This document shows, piece by piece, positions 11,801 to 21,636 of a DNA stretch of 64,000 nucleotides. Made by a program: the position numbers and the translations under genes. A model generated the notes under the pieces. That model saw nothing but the letters and a program-made list of their open reading frames with translations. It searched no databases and had not been told where the DNA came from. The stretch comes from Hemiscyllium ocellatum (Eukaryota), in NCBI RefSeq assembly GCF_020745735.1, contig NC_083426.1, positions 12,524,001-12,588,000 of the forward strand, in the 5' to 3' direction. The first letter of the stretch is position 1. The number at the start of each line of letters is the position of its first letter.

Positions 11801-14800
11801 CTTGTCTCCAAGGCTCCCCACATCCATTGAACCTGCAGGTAAGTGCCTCAGATGTGATTCAGATCATTCATTTAATTCAAAATCTCACAATAAATTGTGC
11901 TGATCCTGCATCTTTCACAACCTCAGCACATCTTTAGATTAGACTTACAGTGTGGAAACAGGTCCTTCGGCCCAACAAGTCCACACTGACCCACCGAAGC
12001 GCAACCCACCCATACCCCTACATTTACCCCTTACCTAACACTACGGGCAATTTAGCCTGGCCAATTCACCTGACCCGCACATCTTTGGACTGTGGGAGGA
12101 AACTGGAGCACCCGGAGGAAACCCACGCAGACACGGGGAGAACGTGCAAACTCCACACAGTCGGTCGCCTGAGTCGGGAATTGAACCCAGGTCTCAGGCG
12201 CTGTGAGGCAGCAGTGCTAACCACTGTGCCACCGTGCCGCCCAGTTAAATACTACACAACCCACAAAGCTCTTCCCTTTATTGTAATCCTGGTTATGACA
12301 TGGGGAAACAGAAGCTAATTTGCATACATGAGAAATTCCCACAAATGTTATCACCAGATAATCTGCTCTCCATCATCTGAACTGAGGGGTGAAGTTGATG
12401 AAATACTGAGTGAATTTTCCTGTTCTTCCTTGAATTATACCAGCTGACTATTCTAATGTTTCTCACTGAAAGCAACATTGATGAAACAGTTCCTGCTGTT
12501 TAAACTGTTACATTCAAAGATGGTAAAGGCACCCTTAACTCAGAACCAAGTCTTTGCCCCATTTTGATTCTGATACAGTCAGTTTCTGGTCAATGTAAAT
12601 CTGAGATTTCTATTTGTAATTTGAGATGATGCAATGTTACAGCAAAGAAGAAGGAAGTTTAGAACAGAAGAAGGGTGACTGGATCTGAAAGTTTAAATCT
12701 ACTTTCTCTCCACAGAAGCTGCCAGAACTGCTGAGTTTCTCCAGCAATTTCAGTTTTTGTTTCAGATTTTCAGAATCTACAGTTCTTTGATTTTATTAAT
12801 ATCCTTTCACTTCCCTTTTAAACATTATTATTAACTCGGTTTCTAACACATATTCCAGCCTGCAATCCATGTTGCAAAGGATATTTACATCTGGGCCAGG
12901 GTTTGAGTATAAAATTGAATGCTCTCACTCCAGTGTGTTGGTGAAGGAATGCTGCAGGGCTGGCAGTGCTACCTTTTCGGTAAGATGTTAAACTGAAACT
13001 CCATCTGCCAACTCTGATCAATGCCAATGATCCAGGGCACTATCTTGAAGAAGAATAGTGCAGTTACTCCAGTATCTGGATAATATTTATCCCCCAATTA
13101 AAGATGTCATCTCGTGATTTTCACATTGTCATTTGTGATAGTTGTCTCTGGACAGATTGATTGCTGCACTTCCTGTATTGCAGGAGTGAGCAGACTTCAA
13201 CAAGCAATGGCTATAAATGCTTTAGATGTCCAGAGATTGTGCTCAGTCACTTCCATTTTAGATAAACTCTTTAACACTCTCTCCTGACATCCATCCTAAA
13301 TGAGAATGCAGGAGCTGGAAGTCACAATAGCTATTTCAGCTGTTGAAGACTCATCAATTTACTGGAATTTCTGCAAAATTTATCCATGTTTTTAAGATAT
13401 TTTATAATCTTAGTCTTCATCAGGAATGAAGGACTTTTGCCCAAAATGTCACTTTTCCTGCTCCTTGGATGGTGCCTGATCTGCTGTGCTTTTCCAGCAC
13501 CACTCTAATCTAGACACTGATTTCCAGCATCTGCAGTCCTCACATTTGCAATGTTGATTTTATAATCTTATCCTTATTTAACTAAATTGTCTTGTTCCGA
13601 TCTATTGAAAAACCAGATGAAGTAAATTTGGCCAGTTCCAATTTTTCAGACTGACTGCACGAATATAATCAGCAACTAATCTGTGAGACATTTATATTTT
13701 GACAATTACATTGTTTGTTTACAGTGTAACTTACCACTGGTGCTGACTTGTGCCACATAACTGCAGTTCTCCCCTGGTCTGTGTGTGACTGACACATTAA
13801 CCATTTCACTGGGTTTTGTTCCCTGAGTATTTGAGGCTGTGCAGTAATATTGATGATGTTGCTGTGTGAAGGATTGACAATGTAGATCCAGTTTACTGGT
13901 GTTAGAGATCTTTGAATCTTGAGATGGGGTCCTTTCATACCATGTGTAGTGAATGGGGAGGGATCCCTGGACACATTCACAGGAGATTGACACCGAGCTC
14001 CCAAAACATGAGGCATTTGATGGAGATGATAAAAATCTAAGTTCAGGAAGAGACACAGGATCGGGGGAAAAGAAGCAGATATTCAGATACCACATGAACA
14101 GCATTCAAATACATTCTTTTTGTGAACATTTCTACACTTCTACATCTCATACAGGGCTTATATGTTGGAATATCCTCAACACACCTCCCTCTCCATACCA
14201 CTCCGGACTCCAAGTAAAGTGATTTCCCATGTCTACTATTACAGGTGGTTCTCCTATAATGCTATAGTTGTGTTCCAGTGAGACCTCGCTGAATATAAAT
14301 AATGGGGCCTACGGGAAAAGTGGGGTTAGGGCAGACAGGCAAAAAATATCACTCAAGAGTGCTCAAATATCACCCAAAAGTCTAACGCGAAGTATAGCAC
14401 AGCCTGAATGAAGGTGGAAATCATATTTATTAATGAGACAAAAGTAAATTTAACACAGTGCATTTTAAAATGTCTGAAGGCTGCTCTCTGTGCAGTCCCT
14501 CTCACAGAAAGCTGCTCTGTCAGCAGCTGATATCAGCACATGTGCAGGACAGTGCGGAGACTTTGGCGCGGACATCGCTGTATGTGCAGAACGAAGCATG
14601 CAAACCCATCCCTGCTGGAAATGTGCGAGTAACAAAGGAGGTAAACGTTCTTGAAAATACCATTCCCTAATTCTTCAACAACGTTCTAGTCAAATCGCGC
14701 AGCCAAAGAGTACGTTATCCCAGAACTAACTGTATATCAGAACTTAGGAGAACTCTAAATCAGGACAAATGCAATGATGATGGTCATGAGTCAACATGGA

Positions 14801-17800
14801 AATCAGAGCCAATATTTTCTCTCAGTAGCAGATCAAAGACTGTAACTGGTTCAGTGTTTGATTTGCAAATGGAAAGCTGTCGGACAGAAACTTACATAAA
14901 AATGGAATAAAATAAGACAATAAATTGGCTGATATTTGTTGCAAGCTTTCTGGCCTTAAACACAGAATTTAAATATGCTTTGTCCGACTTCACTGTGACT
15001 GAAAATGACATTTTAACTCAAACATCCAGAGGGAGGTGGCAATTTGTGTTTCAGGGATTCTGAAATCCAGAAATGCTGGGTAAATGGATGTTGTGCCAGA
15101 TTTACTGTCTACTTCAGTGTCCCCAGAGCCAATGTCTTTAAGATATAATTTGGGTGAATTTATTGTTTACACTGACTAGAATCCGATCCAACATTCATCA
15201 GCCAAATTGGAGTAATGGGTGTGGAGTAACATTTTCCCCTTTATCTCTGCATCAAGAGAGTATCGAGACACACTGGTGACCAGACACATCCTTAGGACGG
15301 TTCCTGAGAGGAACTCACTGGATTCTCCTTTTGGCTACAAGTTCTGCATGTGTTCACCAGAGAGTGTGTAGTGTTTTAGTGATTGTCCTTCATGTTAGCT
15401 GAAGCAGTAATGCATACTTAATCTAGGTTGATCCTGATTGACACACAAGAGGCAATTGTGTATCTTGGATGCAACGCAATGAGCTATTCCTTGATGTGCA
15501 ATAATCCAATCTGCTGTTTGATCAAATCAAACTGATATTCTCCTTAAGACAGTATGAGGCTATTCTTCCCGAGTGATATCAATGGGCTTGAATAATATCA
15601 GCAAAGTGGTTGGTAGCAGAAAAGCTCCATAAAATGTTTCTGAATGACCTATTACAGCACATCCCAGAGCCCATCCCTCTCTCTCTGCACTGACAGCATG
15701 TCCCAGACTGAACCTGGCTCTTCCCCTTCAGGGAACTTGCTCAGGTCCGAGTGGTGCCCACTGCTGCTGAGGGACCAAAAGTCACATCCCCATTCACTTC
15801 CCTCTGTACTCAGTGTTAAATGACTGCAGGCAGCCATTGGGAATGGAGGTGTAAACTCTCACAATGTTTTAGCTGGTGGGGACAAGGAAAATAAGAACGA
15901 CAGCACTCAATTTCATCAAATTTGATGCTTTTAGATCAGTCGTCTTGGCCTCAAAGTTCCAATTCTTTTTCCAAAGCATTGAGCTACCTGCCCCCCAAAT
16001 GCAAAACCCTTTCACTGTCACGGGGCATCAGGATACTGGAAATGTCATGTTCTTTCACAGATAAAACATCGATCTTACATCTCAATGGGGAATAATAAAT
16101 GATATCACTGAGAAATGTACCATCAGATATTTGCAGCTCTACAGCAGACACTGAAATGAGGCCGGATTGGTCAATACCACAGCTGTACCATCCTGCATCT
16201 TCAAAACGAAGATCCTCCATAGTAACAGAAAATTTATTTTGTGTCGTGTTATCTGTGATCGACATCCTTCCTCGTTGTCCATGATGTTCACTTGATTTTA
16301 CTAAAACAGAGCACTGGCGCATCCAAAGTTTCACAGACCATTGTGACCATTGGCCATAGTGACAGTCTATTGTGATCGCTCTTCCCAAAACTCCTGTTAC
16401 TTTCCTTTTCACCGGCACTACACCTGAACCTGAAAAGACTATGAATTCATCAAACAGAAAATAGCTTCTCAACACATTCAGATACTTTTAATATGAGTTA
16501 CCACTAAGTACAGAGGTACCACTGCATCTACTCAGGCAGTTTGTGGTAAAATCCATATAATTGTGTTAGGGAGACCAGCATTGTTTGAGAAATGTAACAA
16601 CCAGTGGGCACTCATTTGCAAAGCTTTTTCACAGCAACATTCAATTCTGCCCAGCAACAGGGTTTGTATCAAATAGCCTCAAAATGGGGTGTTTTGAAGT
16701 ATTTCAGTTGGTCACTCAGCACAGTTTCTGGGTCACTAAGAGGAGTTCAAATGATTACAGACAGCGACTGAAGGTCACTGAATTTTGGAAAAGGCAGAGA
16801 GGAGACTTCTTCAAAGCATTGTTACTAGCATTGTAGTCTTGTGGACAAGGCAACAGAATTGCTTGGCTTCTACAGAGGGGACTATGAGTGAAGCTCAAAG
16901 GCAGTTGTATATGGCTAGGCTGTGTTGGATATGGCCATCAGTGATCTGGAGTAACTCTGAAGGACCCATTAGGCTGAGATCTTTGAGGGTAACACATGCA
17001 GTGGTGTCACCACACCGCAGGTAGAGGGGGAACTGACAGAAAAGGAATGGGAGACCACCCAGACAGAGTGAAAACATGAGGCAGGGAGTGCAGGAATACA
17101 CTGAGGCTGTATTCCTTTCTCATAGATTTTCCCTTTTGAATGCAACTGGGGGAAATGTGTTCTCAGGTGACTGCAGCGTAAGTCACATCCATGGCACCAG
17201 GAGTGGCTCAGCTGCCTGATTGTGGGGAGAGAGGGATTTAGACTTTTGAGGTATTGGGTCCAATTCTGGAGAAGATGGAATCTTTCCAAGTTGGACGGGT
17301 CATGAATCAGCAGGATCAAGACCAATACTCTCCAAGGGGCATTTGCTAGTTCTGTGATAAGACATTAAGCTTGGGTGGCAGGGTGCCATGATCATGGATC
17401 ATCACCTCATGTCACCTATGGATATCATAGAATGAATCATAAAATCCTGTAGTGTGTAAACGGGCCATTTGGCCCAAAAAATCACTACCAACACTACCAC
17501 TTCACATTCCCCCAGACTAATGCACCTACCCGACACACTATGGGTGATTTAACCTAACCTGCATATCATTGGATTGTAGGAAGAAAGCAGAGCACCTGGA
17601 GGAAACCCACAAAGACACAGGGAGAATGTGCAAACTCCACACAGACAGTAACCCGTGTCTCGAATTGAACCCAGGTCCCTGGTGCTGTGAGGCAGCAGTG
17701 CTAACCATTGAGCCACTGTGCCTCTGACATCTTATTTTTCAAGTATTTTCAAGTGTAACTATATTTCATTTAATTGCTTATATATAGAAATTTACTTTCG

Positions 17801-20800
17801 ATATTTGTTTTTAAAGAGAACTGATCAAGCCAAAGTGAGTACAGATGTGAATTCAGTGGAGATGTGGAGGGAGACCTTGGAAATTTGTACAAAACAGTGT
17901 GTCACGGAAACTTCAAAAGGATTGACTTAAATGGAGAAATATACAGAAAAAAAATGTATTCACCAGCACGGGATGGGTTGGAAGACCATTGTTCTGGACT
18001 TTTATTTCAGCAAGGCTGGACATTTTACTTCTTTATTTTCTAACATTTTGTAACTAAATAAACTGCACCTAGCTACCTTTGTACTTAAGATGTCACTGTA
18101 AGTGGCGACATAAACCTTTTCCCTGTACTCATTGAATGTATGTGATGGTAAAACTAATTTATCTGTGGACAGAGTCAAAAATCACACAACACCAGGTTAT
18201 AATCCAACAGTTTATTTGGAAGCACTAGCTTTCAAGCACTGCCCCTTCATCAGGTGATTGTGGAGGTTAAGATCATGCTCATAGAATTTATAGCCAAATG
18301 AGCCCAGTATCATGGAGATGTGATACAGTAAACAATCTTAGATTAAAACTTTCATCTTTGATAATGGAATGTGCTGGTTTCTGTTCTTTGTTAGGTAAAT
18401 CCCAGAATTTATTTGAAATCACATTCTCAAAATAGCACAGCTTTTTAAACAATAGCTGTGAAGTCTGTGTCCCAATGCTATGTCAAACTGACAATCCCTC
18501 TGTATAGTTTTACAGAGTTTTACATGGATTCATGCAGCAAAAATATAATGTAATTCTGGAAAAACAAATTCACCCCAGAAGCTGATATATGTGCATATGG
18601 AGGGGAGACAGATTGAGTTGCATGTGTGAGTGTGGATGTCAACCCACATGATAGAGTGTGTGTGTATATATGTGTGTGAGTAAGCTTGGCTCAGTGTGTG
18701 TGTGAATATTATGGTTATCTGTGAGGAGGTGCGCGTGTCGGTTTGAGTGTGTGTGTGTGTGTGTGTGTGTTTGAGAGAGAAAGCGAGAGTTTCGTGCAGT
18801 GGGGTCATCTGCTGTGTGACTTGAGCCCTAGGCCCCAGGTGATCTGTAGACAGCGTGGTGTGAAGGTCACAGTTTGGTGAACAGCCATTAAATATCCCTG
18901 CAGATTGGGAAAAGAATGAGGTTACACCTTTTCCTAATCGGAGTGCTGCCGGCCAGTATTTGTCAAACAAATGAATTTCAATTAACCTGCTCAACGCCAA
19001 GAATCTCAATCAACTGCTCAGTGCTCCAAGTAACATCCACTGTCATGGCTGTAATGTTCTCCTATCCACTCTTGATAAACAACTCAGAGTCTCAATCTCT
19101 TTAAATAACTTATATTATTTTCTTTAGAGTCACTTCATACTCTCAATATCTGTATATGTATGTTGTATTATTCATACTTCATTTGTTAAGTAAAGAACAA
19201 ACTCACTCACTGTTAACTCAAGAAAGCCCAGTTAATTGACTCCTCTTAGAACATAAACACATATGGTTTGGGAGAAAGGTAACAACAAAATAGAGAATAC
19301 ATTGTATTCTATTAATGCACAGATGAAATCAAAACAAACAAACTGCAGGTCTTGAACAGAAAGTATTATTTACCTCGGTTCCCAATCTGTGCCAGGAAAA
19401 TGCAGTTCCTCTCTGATCTGTGGACAATTGTCACTTTAACCATTTCACTGTATTGTTCTCCCTGAGTGTTTGAGGCTATGCAGTAATATTGATGATCTTG
19501 CTGTTTGAATAATTGACAATGTAGATCCAGTGTATTGTTCTCAGAAATCTTTGAACCTACAGATCGGATCCTTTCGTACCATGTGTACCGAATGGGAAAG
19601 GATCCCTGGACAGACTCACAGGAGACAGAAACTGGGTTCTCATAACACCAGATATTTGGTGTTAAAAATCTAATTACAGGGACAGACACAGGTTCTGTGG
19701 GAAAGAAACAAATGATCAGATACTCACTGAGGATCCAAAAATCAAATAATCTGTAAATTTCAACATTTCTATCTTTTCATCCAAGTATTTTCATATTGGA
19801 ATCTCCACAGAGCATGCTGATTTCAACTTAATATTGCATTAATTGAGAAATTAACAGACTGTAATTGATCCTCCAGAACATTTTGGATATATTTACGTGG
19901 TCACTTGAAGTGCCAGACCATGCAAGGCTATAGGCAAAGTACTGGAACATGGGATCACGTTAGATAGATGCTTGTTGACCAGCACGGACATAATGGGACA
20001 GAGGTTCTCTCAGTGTGCTGTTGTACTCTATGTCTCTAAAATGGATGTTGACAGGATTGGCTGGCTTCCAGAAATTCTGGGAACTGCTGTGTTGCTCCCA
20101 AACTTTGTGATACTGCAACCGACCATTACCAACTTGAGTTTTTTGGAGCAGGATGTTGTAGAGCTGACTAGAGGATGGGTTATTTTGGATGTACATCAAA
20201 GCCATGAGAAAGAACTAATTAAAGCCCTTGATGTAAAAGAACTTTTGGGATGAATGATCAGAATATGAGAGAATTATATGTTATGTCAGGAAGTGAGATA
20301 TTTCAAGCCGAAACAAGGTAAAATTAGGAAAATTATGAAAGAGAGAGACACAAATTGGCTGAGTTGGATTAGAAAAAAGTGAGGAATGTAGATATTGGAG
20401 ATCAGATGCTGGAAAAGCACAGCCAGTCAGGCAGCATCCACGGAGAAGGAGGATTGACGTACAGGCATTAATCCTGATGAAAGGCTTAGGCCCGAAACAT
20501 CGATTCTCTTGCTTCTTGAATGCTGCCTGACCGGCTGTGCTTTTCCAGCACCACACGCTTCGAGTCTGCGCTGAATTACAGAAGTAAATTGAATGGCAGG
20601 ATTATGGGTTGTGAGAAAGATATAAAACATCTTGAGGAGGATTTGGATACACTTAACGATTGGGCAGGACTTAGTCAATGCCCAACTTGGAGAAATGAGA
20701 AGTTATCCACTGTGGTCGCAAGAACTGATGTGCAGTGTCTTCTTCAAAAGGTGAGATGTTGGAAAGTACGGCTGTGCAAAGATACTTGGATGCTCTTGTC

Positions 20801-21636
20801 TATCAGAAACTGAAGGTTAACATGCTAGTGCAGCAAGTTATTTGGAAGGCTAATAGACTATCAACATTTAATACAAGAGGATTTGAGGGCAAGAATTGAG
20901 AATTGATGCTTCAGATGTTGTGTAGGATCTTGGTTAGACCACACCTGAAGTATTTTTTGCACTTTTAATCACTTGATCTCAGAAAAGATGAAACTGCCAT
21001 AGAAGGAGTGCATCATAGGTTCACCGGATCTTTTGTTGTATACTTAAAGTAGATGGTGATACATTTTTGATCATTAATAGGAGGAGGAGTTAAGTGTGGC
21101 TGAATGTATTGAAGTGTTCAATCAGCCATAATCATAGTAAAGTGTGAGGCAGGCTCAATAGCCTGTTGGCCTCCTCCTGTTCCTATGTTCCTACCAACAA
21201 GTATCAACATTGCTGGGGCACATTGGGATATTGGAGCGTTCATGGTTCCTCCCAGATAAAACATTGATCAGACATTTCAGTAGAGATTAATCAAGGAAAT
21301 CAGTGAGAAATGTACCATCAGATACTTCAAGCTTTACGGCACGTAATTGATCACCATCTTGTTTATCAACACCACAGCTGTACCATCCTGCATCTTCCCT
21401 GCGAAGATCCTCCATGGTCACAACAAATACTCCTTGTGCCTTGTAATCCTTGATTGATATTCTTCCTCGCTGTCCGCCTGGATCAGTTGTTCTCACTAAA
21501 TATGAGCAATGCATAGTCCAACCAAGACACCAGTATTTCATGTTGGGCTTGAACAGTGAGTTGTATCGACAATTTATTGTGATTGATCTTCCCACAATTC
21601 CTGTTACTTTCGTGTTTGTCCACAGAAATGATGAAA
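2582..21636 (-). CDS. Gene AB (multi-exon model): CD300/pIgR-like inhibitory receptor, V-C2-V-C2-stalk-TM-ITIM tail, about 583 codons without leader
   Basis: Eight exons (21316-21636, 19374-19694, 16121-16429, 13735-14061, 10669-10717, 6866-6954, 4960-5006, 2582-2872) join in frame with phases 1-1-1-1-2-1-0 and no internal stop. Leader not found; the acceptor at 14062-14063 is non-canonical. Confidence 0.7.
3402..3695 (+). mobile_element. tRNA-derived SINE (HE1/V-SINE-like)
   Basis: Head gggtggcacagtggctcagtagttagcactg...ggattcgattccc (A/B boxes) followed by the V-domain-like core. Confidence 0.8.
4015..4330 (-). mobile_element. tRNA-derived SINE (HE1/V-SINE-like)
   Basis: Reverse complement of the same head and core (…gcagcagtgctcaccactgagccaca). 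Confidence 0.8.
4960..5006 (-). CDS. Gene AB short cytoplasmic exon (47 nt)
   Basis: ttcag|GT AAT GAT...AAT CAG|gtaagg; (G)NDGVGAGTDNAFENQ; phase 1 to 0 links the TM exon to the ITIM exon. Confidence 0.8.
5530..5860 (-). mobile_element. tRNA-derived SINE (HE1/V-SINE-like)
   Basis: Same core and head as the other copies. Confidence 0.75.
6866..6954 (-). CDS. Gene AB transmembrane exon (uncharged, inhibitory type)
   Basis: tcacag|T CTG GTT...AAG G|gtaagt; LVYIGVGALGAMIIVFAVSLLLYL followed by basic RQVKK; phase 2 to 1. Confidence 0.85.
7600..7735 (+). mobile_element. Penelope-like terminal repeat (family 2) with hammerhead motif
   Basis: cac-CTGATGA-A-GGAGC-GTC-GCTCC-GAAA-GCTA at about 7640-7672, followed by aaacctgttggactataac. 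Confidence 0.65.
7737..9300 (+). mobile_element. CR1 LINE ORF2 3' half, interrupted by a Penelope-derived element (about 8204-8567, minus)
   Basis: ORF 7883-8209 [26 protein letters not shown]...SKFAVDTKI; ORF 8749-9033 is the CR1 C-terminus; 3' tail near 9290. Confidence 0.9.
9310..9800 (-). mobile_element. CR1 LINE 3' fragment
   Basis: Reverse-complement CR1 3' UTR (agagtcatag tail, aaacccttcctattcatatatcc). Confidence 0.8.
10669..10717 (-). CDS. Gene AB Ser/Thr-rich stalk exon (49 nt)
   Basis: tttcaacag|TA TCA TCG...ATA AG|gtacga; (V)SSTTTNSNITSQLGI(S); its 1-to-2 phase is exactly what is needed between the C2 and TM exons. Confidence 0.75.
11095..11625 (+). mobile_element. tRNA-headed SINE (second family) interrupted by a Penelope-derived element at 11132-11307
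   Basis: gtggtgttattgctagactattaatccagag head and tgaatgaataaaa end; the insert is flanked by the duplicated target gactattaat(c/t)cagaga (11115-11131, 11308-11324). Confidence 0.65.
11935..12243 (-). mobile_element. tRNA-derived SINE (HE1/V-SINE-like), well preserved
   Basis: Full head gggcggcacggtggcacagtggttagcactgctgcctcacagcgcc, core and CR1-like tail. Confidence 0.85.
12880..13250 (+). mobile_element. Degenerate DeuSINE/SacSINE1-like element
   Basis: gatgttaaactga...gcactatcttgaagaagaatag...aatatttatccc resembles the Deu-domain SINE core. Confidence 0.5.
13413..13556 (+). mobile_element. Penelope-derived short element with 14-bp target duplication
   Basis: attttataatctta at 13399-13412 and 13557-13570; decayed hammerhead region. 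Confidence 0.7.
13735..14061 (-). CDS. Gene AB second C2-type Ig exon (open frame, acceptor lacks AG)
   Basis: DPVSLPELRF...SCECVQGSLPIHYTWY...QYYCTASN...STS G|gtaagt; 327 nt, phase 1-1; the acceptor reads ttttcccccg|AT. Confidence 0.75.
14242..14732. mobile_element. Tc1/mariner (Tigger/pogo-like) non-autonomous element
   Basis: TA on both sides (14240-41, 14733-34); imperfect 20-bp TIRs CAGGTGGTTCTCCTATAATG / CAGTTAGTTCTGGGATAACG (14/20 match). Confidence 0.6.
16121..16429 (-). CDS. Gene AB second V-type Ig exon (CD300/pIgR-like)
   Basis: ttttcag|GT TCA...GAT G|gtacat; VTGVLGRAITIDCHY...KLW...GRMSITD...EDAGWYSCG; 309 nt, phase 1-1. Confidence 0.9.
16600..17400 (+). mobile_element. CR1 LINE ORF1 (esterase-like) relic
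   Basis: Frame near 17225-17350 reads REGFRLLRYWVQFWRRWNLSKLDG, resembling the CR1 ORF1p C-terminus GFRFL.HW..FW.RWDLYK.DG; many stops. Confidence 0.6.
17430..17720 (-). mobile_element. tRNA-derived SINE (HE1/V-SINE-like)
   Basis: Shared head and core. Confidence 0.75.
18170..18990 (-). mobile_element. Penelope-like element remnant (family 2 terminus) containing a (GT)n tract
   Basis: Minus cac-CTGATGA-AGGGGCAGTGCTT-GAAA-GCTA-GTG at about 18222-18257; (GT)n at about 18747-18770. Confidence 0.55.
19374..19694 (-). CDS. Gene AB first C2-type Ig exon
   Basis: tttcccacag|AA CCT GTG...CGA G|gtaaat; SCESVQGSFPIRYTWY...QYYCIASN; 321 nt, phase 1-1, open. Confidence 0.9.
20395..20560 (+). mobile_element. 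Penelope-derived element with inverted arms and a central hammerhead motif
   Basis: aatc-CTGATGA-AAGGC-TTAG-GCCC-GAAA-CATC-gatt at about 20470-20506, between inverted gatgctgcctgac arms. Confidence 0.7.
20580..21060 (+). mobile_element. Old CR1 fragment, shared with the inverted paralogous intron at about 62750-63230
   Basis: Degenerate RT C-terminal sequence; near reverse complement of 62750-63230. Confidence 0.7.
21316..21636 (-). CDS. Gene AB first V-type Ig exon (CD300/pIgR-like)
   Basis: ttccccag|TT TCA...GAT G|gtacat; SSFLWTNTKVTG...CRY...KYWC...C...DAGWYSCG with the extra C-C' cysteine pair; 321 nt. Confidence 0.92.

Noticed and set aside
12293-12600. Possible extra Ig-like exon in gene AB (IVSWY, GNFSC) after a tctcag acceptor
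   Set aside because: Two in-frame stops, no B-strand Cys, no donor; the gene model is complete without it.
18530-19009. 159-aa ORF with a (HT)n run
   Set aside because: Reads through a (GT)n microsatellite inside a Penelope-like remnant; no recognisable domain.
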